A stretch of DNA of 58,686 bases from the NCBI GenBank assembly GCA_965662335.1, contig CBFIGQ010000022.1:1-58686 (forward strand), given 5' to 3'. This document shows, piece after piece, positions 18,415-24,681 of the stretch. The notes below the pieces were generated by a model. The model was not told the origin of the DNA. It searched no databases and was given only the letters and a program-made list of their open reading frames with translations. The position numbers and the translations under genes are program-made. Position 1 is the stretch's first letter. Every line of letters begins with the position of its first letter. The DNA comes from Minisyncoccia bacterium. GTDB taxonomy: Bacteria > Patescibacteriota > Minisyncoccia > Phycocordibacterales > UBA9973.

Positions 18415-18744
18415 ATGATTGCGTACGCTGACTCACTTGATGACGTTATCTACAAGATCAATGCAAAGATTTTAAATCCTGCCATTGAACTTGCATTCAT
18501 CGTCGCGCTTGTCATATTTCTCTGGGGCATCATGGAGTATATCCGTGGCGGTGCGAGCCAGGAAAAGCGAGAAAAAGGACGTCAGCATATGTTGTGGGGT
18601 GTAGTAGGGTTTCTGATCATGTTTGGTGTGTATGGCATCATTACTATACTCACTAGTACGCTTGGTATCAAAGGAGCGACATTTACAAACGAAAAACAAA
18701 CATTCGAAGCGCCAACGCTCCAAGAGCTCAATTTCCCGAAATGA
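18415..18744 (+). CDS. Pilin-module protein 5 (short)
   Basis: ELAFIVALVIFLWGIMEYIRGGASQEKREKGRQHMLWGVVGFLIMFGVYGII. I chose the ATG at 18415; a TTG at 18400 is the alternative. Confidence 0.6.
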   Translation: MIAYADSLDDVIYKINAKILNPAIELAFIVALVIFLWGIMEYIRGGASQEKREKGRQHMLWGVVGFLIMFGVYGIITILTSTLGIKGATFTNEKQTFEAPTLQELNFPK

Positions 18745-18773
18745 AAAAAGGCCGGACATTCTGTCCGGCCTTT
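18744..18773. terminator. Bidirectional rho-independent terminator
   Basis: aaaaaaggccggacattctgtccggccttt lies between convergent operons. Confidence 0.85.
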
Positions 18774-18780
18774 GCCTTTG

Positions 18781-19488
18781 TTACTGTATTTGTTTTTGCT
18801 TACCATATATGAACTGTGTACTCGGACCGATAAACTCAGCAATGTAGGTACCTTGAGGATACACTCCGTCAGTACGCACAAGCGTATTATCTTCAAACTT
18901 CGTAGGGAACCGTATGTACCCTTCGTCGTTTTGGTGCGTGATACAGAGCGTTACGTGACGTGATGTGTCACTTGGCACCGTGAGCCTCACCCGCAAGGTC
19001 TGTCCTGCAAGTGCAGGCACGAGACATCCACTTTCTGGACCCCACTGTAGCTGTCTGATTGCGCTTGGATACGAGCCGTACTCACCGTAGGCAAGTGGTT
19101 TATACCCAGACGGAGTCACGATATCAGAGAGTGCCGGACTTTTCATACGGATTTCTTCAGCTATCGCTTCTTTCGAAGGGGTATTTGAAAATATATGAAT
19201 ATATCCTGCGTGATAATACAATGGTCCTACGAGGATCGCCGCAATGACTACATACCGAAGCCAGTGCAGCACTTCCTGCTTTTTAGTGCCTATACTGAAC
19301 TGGTATTTGTTCTTCCTCATGAGAATGAAGAATGCAATTGCAGCGAGTGCAAGGAGTGCCCACCATGAGAATATATATTCCCGGAAATACACTCCAACAA
19401 AAACAACTAAAGCAATCGGTGTCCCTACAATAAGTAATAACTTAATATCTGAGGCACGCATTTCTGCTTTTGAGAATGTTTTGGACAT
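18781..19488 (-). CDS. Membrane protein (3 TM helices plus a ~130-aa C-terminal soluble domain). Possible NfeD-like partner of the upstream SPFH protein.
   Basis: 235-aa ATG ORF starting 2 nt after the SPFH gene's stop. TM helices are LLLIVGTPIALVVFVGVYF, WWALLALAAIAFFILM and YVVIAAILVGPLYY. Confidence 0.55.
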   Translation of the reverse strand: MSKTFSKAEMRASDIKLLLIVGTPIALVVFVGVYFREYIFSWWALLALAAIAFFILMRKNKYQFSIGTKKQEVLHWLRYVVIAAILVGPLYYHAGYIHIFSNTPSKEAIAEEIRMKSPALSDIVTPSGYKPLAYGEYGSYPSAIRQLQWGPESGCLVPALAGQTLRVRLTVPSDTSRHVTLCITHQNDEGYIRFPTKFEDNTLVRTDGVYPQGTYIAEFIGPSTQFIYGKQKQIQ

Positions 19489-19490
19489 TT

Positions 19491-20594
19491 TTAAGGATTT
19501 AATTCGTTAGAAATTTGATTACCGACAATTGTCGCAGCAACATGCTCTGCAAGCGGATCTTTCTTACCAAATATACCTTCACCAGTAAATACACCAGCTT
19601 TCATTCTACCGAGCCTGGATGCAACACCTACTGCTGTTTCATCAACTTTTTCCTTGTTGGCATTGTTGTATGCAGTAACTTTTCCGAGCTGATTTTCGAG
19701 CTGTACTGTCCGCGCAGTCCCGACATCAGTGGTCTCTTTTACCATCATTTTGATTTCGGCCTCTCGTGTGATCTCCAATCTCTGGGCCTCAGCTTGCGCA
19801 CCAATGACTTTTACTTCCTTGTCTGCTTCAGCTTTAATTACTGAAGCCTTTTTTTTGTCTTCTTCAATTGGGATGCTTTGCCGAGCTTTAACCCGCTCCA
19901 TTGAACTTTCAGGAATGATCGTTCCTTCATGAGTGATTGCATCTAATCTAAAGCCGTGAGTTGTAAATGTATCGTTGAGCTTCGTTTTAATATTATCGAG
20001 TTCATCACGTATACCGTTTTTGATGCTTCCACGAAGCTCGTCAAACGGTCTTCCCCTAAAAATGCAATTTATCTCATATTTAATCATACGTTCTGCGACT
20101 TCCAGGAAATTTCCGCTGGCATAATCAGTTAAAATAACAAACATATCCTCAATCAGAAGCGTGTATGTAAGTACAAACTTAATGCTAGTACTATCCTCAC
20201 TTAGAATCTCGATCTCAAATGGGTGAACTTCACGGTCGTACAGGTAATACTGGTTTTCAACCGTGCGCGTCACCATGCACATTTTTTGTGCTTTTACCGT
20301 ATCATCTTCTTCACCGGATCCTTTCAAATTCGTTTCAAAGGTCAGCACTGGAGTGAGATTCTTTTCTGCTGCTTTTTGTTCAGTCATAAGTGAACTGAAC
20401 GTAAAGCTGAAATGAAAGATCTCTTCGCTAAAAGGGAAGAAGAAAATAGGTCTAGTCGGCGCAGGATCATTTTTGCTGTAGTAGATCTCGCGCTCAATTG
20501 TGTTAAATCGTGCCTTCAGGTAGTGAAGACCGCGTTTTGGTGAGAAAAGGCAATACGTTGCCTCATCGTTAATGAGTATCTCTCTTAGTTTCAT
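19491..20594 (-). CDS. SPFH/Band-7 (stomatin/flotillin-like) domain protein
   Basis: SPFH-like core followed by an Ala/Glu/Lys-rich coiled tail (KKKASVIKAEADKEVKVIGAQAEAQRLEITREAEI). I chose the ATG at 20594 (MKLREIL). Confidence 0.6.
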   Translation of the reverse strand: MKLREILINDEATYCLFSPKRGLHYLKARFNTIEREIYYSKNDPAPTRPIFFFPFSEEIFHFSFTFSSLMTEQKAAEKNLTPVLTFETNLKGSGEEDDTVKAQKMCMVTRTVENQYYLYDREVHPFEIEILSEDSTSIKFVLTYTLLIEDMFVILTDYASGNFLEVAERMIKYEINCIFRGRPFDELRGSIKNGIRDELDNIKTKLNDTFTTHGFRLDAITHEGTIIPESSMERVKARQSIPIEEDKKKASVIKAEADKEVKVIGAQAEAQRLEITREAEIKMMVKETTDVGTARTVQLENQLGKVTAYNNANKEKVDETAVGVASRLGRMKAGVFTGEGIFGKKDPLAEHVAATIVGNQISNELNP

Positions 20595-20714
20595 AATAGT
20601 ATTTTTAAAGTTCAAAATATTGTTTAATTTGGGATTATTATAGCAGTAAAACATATATTTGTCAAATGAGAAAGATAGCAAAAAACTCCTATTTAAAGGA
20701 GTTTTTTGCGTTTG

Positions 20715-20787
20715 TGCCCCTAGCAGGGCTCGAACCTGCGACCGTCTCCTTAAGAGGGAGCTGCTCTACCAACTGAGCTATAGAGGC
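20715..20787 (-). tRNA. tRNA-Lys (anticodon CTT)
   Basis: The reverse complement reads GCCTCTATAGCTCAGTTGGTAGAGCAGCTCCCTCTTAAGGAGACGGTCGCAGGTTCGAGCCCTGCTAGGGGCA. Anticodon loop CTCTTAA. Confidence 0.93.
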
Positions 20788-20798
20788 ATATTTCGTTG

Positions 20799-20880
20799 TG
20801 CTGGAGAAGGGACTTGAACCCTTAAGCCTTGCGGCACTGGTTCCTAAGACCAGCGCGTATACCAATTCCGCCACTCCAGC
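20799..20880 (-). tRNA. tRNA-Leu (anticodon TAG)
   Basis: Class II tRNA with a long variable arm. Anticodon arm CTGGT-CTTAGGA-ACCAG; T-arm AGGGTTCAAGTCCCT. Confidence 0.92.
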
Positions 20881-20928
20881 ATGCGTCTGGTGATGCCATG
20901 ATACCGCAAAGTAACACCAACAGCAAGG

Positions 20929-21011
20929 TGCCCAAGGTGGGACTCGAACCCACACGACATTTCTGTCTGGGGATTTTAAGTCCCCTATGTCTACCATTCC
21001 ATCACTTGGGC
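20929..21011 (-). tRNA. tRNA-Leu (anticodon TAA)
   Basis: Class II tRNA. Anticodon arm GGGGA-CTTAAAA-TCCCC; acceptor GCCCAAG/CTTGGGC. Confidence 0.92.
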
Positions 21012-21015
21012 AGGG

Positions 21016-21087
21016 AGACCCGAGCGAGAATCGAACTCGCGTATAGAGATTTTGCAGATCTCCGCCTTACCACTTGGCCATCGGGTC
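21016..21087 (-). tRNA. tRNA-Cys (anticodon GCA)
   Basis: Acceptor GACCCGA/TCGGGTC; anticodon loop CTGCAAA; T-arm GCGAG-TTCGATT-CTCGC. Its 5' end lies 1 nt from the rbfA stop codon. Confidence 0.9.
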
Positions 21088-21088
21088 A

Positions 21089-21412
21089 TTACTCCTTTAA
21101 AAGAGTCTCTATAGTGTGGAGTGCTTTTGCTCCAGTGTCAATCTGGACATCAAGAAAGGGAATAGTGCGGATATTGAGACGCGCCTTTATTGCATCGCGG
21201 ATCTCCGGGCGCTTACGTTTGAGGAAGTTGATCGCAGATTCTTCGCCGCTTTCGGGCATGACTGAGAGATAGAGCATCGCCTTGCGTCCGCGCTCAAAGA
21301 GCTCAACCCGTGTGACGGTGATGAGCGCAGTCTTGTTACTTTCACGCTCAATGAATGCTGCTGCGATTTCTTTGATGTATTCTTCTATTTTTTCTGTTCG
21401 TCCGGTTTGCAT
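21089..21412 (-). CDS. rbfA: Ribosome-binding factor A
   Basis: 107 aa. IAAAFIERESNKTALITVTRVELFERGRKAMLYLSVMP is typical of RbfA. It sits downstream of infB, which is the conserved gene order. Confidence 0.85.
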   Translation of the reverse strand: MQTGRTEKIEEYIKEIAAAFIERESNKTALITVTRVELFERGRKAMLYLSVMPESGEESAINFLKRKRPEIRDAIKARLNIRTIPFLDVQIDTGAKALHTIETLLKE

Positions 21413-21413
21413 G

Positions 21414-22886
21414 TTATTCTCGTACCATCATAAATGCTTCGAGTACGTCTCCTGGGGCAATATCATTTTTGCATTCAACTTGCATGCCACATTCGCCGTC
21501 GCCTATTTCTCGCACTTTTTGCTTTGCTTGCTGGATCTCGACTATGGTGCCTTGGGTGAGCGGGTGCTCACGTCTGATGATAGATACTTTTGCACCCTGA
21601 CTGAGTACTCCACTATCCACGCGACAACCGATGACCTGGCGGTCCTTGGTTTTGGAAAATACTTTGAGGACTTTTGCACTTCCAATGACCTTGCGTGTCT
21701 CAATACGTGGACGTCGCTGCTCGAGTTCTTCGGCGAGCCATTCGGTGAGTTTGTAGATGATCGTAAATGTTTGCACACTTGCACCGACGGTCTCATTGAG
21801 ACTTTGCGCGCGAGCATCAAGAGAAACATTAAATCCCAAAATGAGAGAGGTCTTGTCAGATTGTGCGAGACGTATATCGCTCTCATTTATTGCACCAATG
21901 CCTTTATGAATGAGTTTGATGTAGAGTCCTTCTACTTGTATTTTCTTGATTTCGCGCTCGATAGCTTCGGCAGTGCCAAATACATCTGTTTTGAGAATAA
22001 TGGGCACTACTACGTCTCCTGGAGCGGCTTCAGTTATATCTCCCTGGGTGTTTGCCCCGAGCTCTTCTATGTAGCGCTCCGCATCACGTTTCTTTTCAAA
22101 TACTTTGATCCGAGTGCCAACACTTGGGGCGCTATCAAACCCAACGAGGTGCACGGGGGTACCCGGGGTTGCATGTTTGAGGGGTTTTCCGAGGAAGTCT
22201 TCCATGATGCGAGTAGTAGTGAGTGCATTTCCTGCAACGACGAACGCGCCCTGGGAGAGGGTGCCACTCTTTATAACTATAGTACCCGCTATGCCGCGCT
22301 TTGCGTCTAGATTGCTTTCGATAACAATACCGTCGACATCGCCCTCAGTGCTCGCGGTGATGCCTTCAAGGTCGGCAACCAAGATGATCGTATCAAGAAT
22401 GTCCTCAATACCTGTACCTTTGACTGCACTCACCGCAACCCATGGAATAGTACCGCCGTAGCCTTCAACGAGGACTTCCTGTTCTGCGAGCATCTGCTTG
22501 GTACGTTCAATATTTGCTTCGGGTCGATCTATTTTATTGATTGCAACTATAAAGGGGATATGGGCACTGCGAATAGTATTGAGAGCCTCAATGGTCTGTG
22601 CCTTTACGCCGTCTTCTGCAGAGACAACGAGTATTGCGATGTCAGCAGTACTTGCGCCGCGCTCGCGCATACCAGTAAATGCAGCGTGTCCTGGAGTGTC
22701 GAGAAAGGTGATAGTACGAGTGCTACCTTGATGATCAATACTGATCATGTACGCAGAGAGGTGCTGAGTAATGCCACCAGCTTCACCAGCGGCAACACTG
22801 CTTTTGCGGATATAGTCAAGGAGGGTTGATTTGCCGTGGTCGATGTGACCCATGACGGCGACGATTGGGCAGGAGATAGTGTTCAT
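21414..22886 (-). CDS. infB: Translation initiation factor IF-2 (short form starting at the G domain)
   Basis: VMGHIDHGKSTLLD, DTPGH and NKID, plus the C-terminal IF-2 domains. Confidence 0.95.
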   Translation of the reverse strand: MNTISCPIVAVMGHIDHGKSTLLDYIRKSSVAAGEAGGITQHLSAYMISIDHQGSTRTITFLDTPGHAAFTGMRERGASTADIAILVVSAEDGVKAQTIEALNTIRSAHIPFIVAINKIDRPEANIERTKQMLAEQEVLVEGYGGTIPWVAVSAVKGTGIEDILDTIILVADLEGITASTEGDVDGIVIESNLDAKRGIAGTIVIKSGTLSQGAFVVAGNALTTTRIMEDFLGKPLKHATPGTPVHLVGFDSAPSVGTRIKVFEKKRDAERYIEELGANTQGDITEAAPGDVVVPIILKTDVFGTAEAIEREIKKIQVEGLYIKLIHKGIGAINESDIRLAQSDKTSLILGFNVSLDARAQSLNETVGASVQTFTIIYKLTEWLAEELEQRRPRIETRKVIGSAKVLKVFSKTKDRQVIGCRVDSGVLSQGAKVSIIRREHPLTQGTIVEIQQAKQKVREIGDGECGMQVECKNDIAPGDVLEAFMMVRE

Positions 22887-22891
22887 AGTAG

Positions 22892-23365
22892 TTAACTCAA
22901 ATTTTTCTTAGCGTCTTGTAATGCTTCTGTTTCTTCGTCAGTGAGCGAGATTTCAGGGACACCTCGGTTTATCTTTTTTGCATACACTCCTACATGACTG
23001 CGGCTGGTGATGACTGAAAGGATGTAGCCATCTTCGTGTTCATCAAGCAATCCTGTTGCAAAGCTTTGCTGTCCTCCTGAGCTTTCGTAGGCGTTGTATC
23101 TGACGAGTGAGTACCCTCGAATACTTTTTTTGACACGACGGTCGAGTATCTCGAGTGCTTCTTTGTGTGCTTCGAGTGTTTCGTCAGTTGTAGCAGACTT
23201 TTGGGTGAGCCAGGCAAGAGTTGACTCGAGCGAACCCCCGTCTTTGCCAGTCATAAAGCTCGCAAGTGTTTTTCGCATGCGAACAACGAGCACAATAAGT
23301 ACTATGAGCGACACCAAAAGCACAAGGAGTGCAACTATTGCAACTGGTGGTATACTGCCGAGCAT
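22892..23365 (-). CDS. DUF4446-like membrane-anchored protein
   Basis: N-terminal TM helix, then RYNAYESSGGQQSFATGLLDEHEDGYILSVI, which is characteristic of that family. Confidence 0.6.
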   Translation of the reverse strand: MLGSIPPVAIVALLVLLVSLIVLIVLVVRMRKTLASFMTGKDGGSLESTLAWLTQKSATTDETLEAHKEALEILDRRVKKSIRGYSLVRYNAYESSGGQQSFATGLLDEHEDGYILSVITSRSHVGVYAKKINRGVPEISLTDEETEALQDAKKNLS

Positions 23366-23390
23366 AGACCGTTATTATACTGATTTTTCT

Positions 23391-24575
23391 ATGTTTTTCA
23401 AGCCATTTCGAACAAGACGCATATACCTTGACTACGCGTCTTCGACGCCGCTTGATACACGTATGCTTGCCTCATTTCCTCGTATTGCACCTCTTATCGA
23501 AGGAGTAAACCCAAGCGCGCTCCACAAAGAAGGTGTAGCGCTCAAAAAAGTATTGCAAGCGTCGCAGCAAAAAGTAGCAGCAGTACTGCATGCACACACT
23601 GATGAGATTATTTTTACGAGTGGCGCAACAGAGAGTGATAACCTCGCTCTTTTAGGTGCGATATACGCTGCTATAGAGCAAGGAGTTGATCCATCGAGTA
23701 TCACCATCCTCACAAGCGATCTTGAGCATAGCGCAGTGCTTGAGGTTGCATCGCATGCGCGCGGTATCAATACCATCACAGTTCCAACAGCGAACGGTGT
23801 GATTGACCCCAAGCTCATAGCGGTGCCTCCTGCGTGTAAACTATTGATTGTTTCAATCATCTATGTCAGTAATGAGTTGGGAACTGTGCAGCCGATAAAA
23901 GATATTGCAAAACGTGTACGATATCTGCGCAAACAACATCCAGAAGTAACTATTCTTTTGCATACAGATGCTACTCAGGCGCCGCTCTACTTCTCGCTCA
24001 ATACGGCCCAACTTGGTGTCGATATGCTGACTCTCGGTGCGGCAAAACTCTATACACCAAAAGGTGTCGGGGTATTGTATAAAAAGCGATCGGTACAACT
24101 CTCGCCAATACTATACGGTGGAGGTCAGCAGGCAGGGCTACGTCCCGGAACCCAGCCGGTCGCACTTATTCATACATTTGCGCATGCACTTGAGTATGCA
24201 CAAAACAAACGAGAACAAGCGTCTGCTCGGATCACAGAACTGCGTGATTATTTTGAGCAGCAACTACAGCAACACATACCTCTAGCAATCGTTACTGCGC
24301 TAGATGTCCAGCGTTCGCCCCACATTTCACACATCGCGATCAAGAACTTTGACTCAGAGCTACTCGTCATCGAACTCGACGCAAAAGGAATCGCCGTGTC
24401 TGCAAAATCAGCGTGCAAAAATGAAGAGGATCAAGAATCTCACATTGTACAAAAAATATACGGATCAGGATGGGGAGCAGTGCGATTTTCATTTGGGAGA
24501 ATGACGAAGAAAAGCCAGATAGATACGGCGGTGAATGCTTTGAAAAAAGTTCTGCAAAAATATAATGAACTCTAG
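23391..24575 (+). CDS. Cysteine desulfurase (class V aminotransferase, IscS/NifS-like)
   Basis: IYLDYASSTP, FTSGATESDN, and an active-site Cys context SAKSACKN. I chose the ATG at 23391; the longer ORF is antisense overlap. Confidence 0.85.
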   Translation: MFFKPFRTRRIYLDYASSTPLDTRMLASFPRIAPLIEGVNPSALHKEGVALKKVLQASQQKVAAVLHAHTDEIIFTSGATESDNLALLGAIYAAIEQGVDPSSITILTSDLEHSAVLEVASHARGINTITVPTANGVIDPKLIAVPPACKLLIVSIIYVSNELGTVQPIKDIAKRVRYLRKQHPEVTILLHTDATQAPLYFSLNTAQLGVDMLTLGAAKLYTPKGVGVLYKKRSVQLSPILYGGGQQAGLRPGTQPVALIHTFAHALEYAQNKREQASARITELRDYFEQQLQQHIPLAIVTALDVQRSPHISHIAIKNFDSELLVIELDAKGIAVSAKSACKNEEDQESHIVQKIYGSGWGAVRFSFGRMTKKSQIDTAVNALKKVLQKYNEL

Positions 24576-24681
24576 AAAACCCTTGACTTTTGTGCTATAG
24601 TATCCTCATACAGAACTTGCTGCATACCTACCACGGTTGATCGACTGTTTTTCCTTATCTCATAATTTGTATTTTAGTCAT

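Noticed and set aside
20689-21272. ORFs 20689-20997 (-) and 20829-21272 (+) covering the tRNA cluster.
   Set aside because: They are translations through four well-folding tRNA genes, so they are not coding.
21282-22310. A 342-aa plus-strand ORF antisense to rbfA and infB.
   Set aside because: It lies entirely opposite a gene with unmistakable IF-2 motifs. It has no recognisable motifs and a Cys/Phe/Leu-rich composition typical of shadow frames.
23094-23390. The 99-aa N-terminal extension of the cysteine desulfurase ORF.
   Set aside because: The extension is antisense to the DUF4446 gene. The conserved desulfurase N-terminus (IYLDYASSTP) begins right after the internal ATG at 23391.
24576-24681. 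A heat-shock operator (CIRCE TTAGCACTC-N9-GAGTGCTAA, or a CtsR box) upstream of clpB.
   Set aside because: No such inverted repeat or GGTCAAA direct repeat is present. I saw only an extended -10-like TGCTATAGT.
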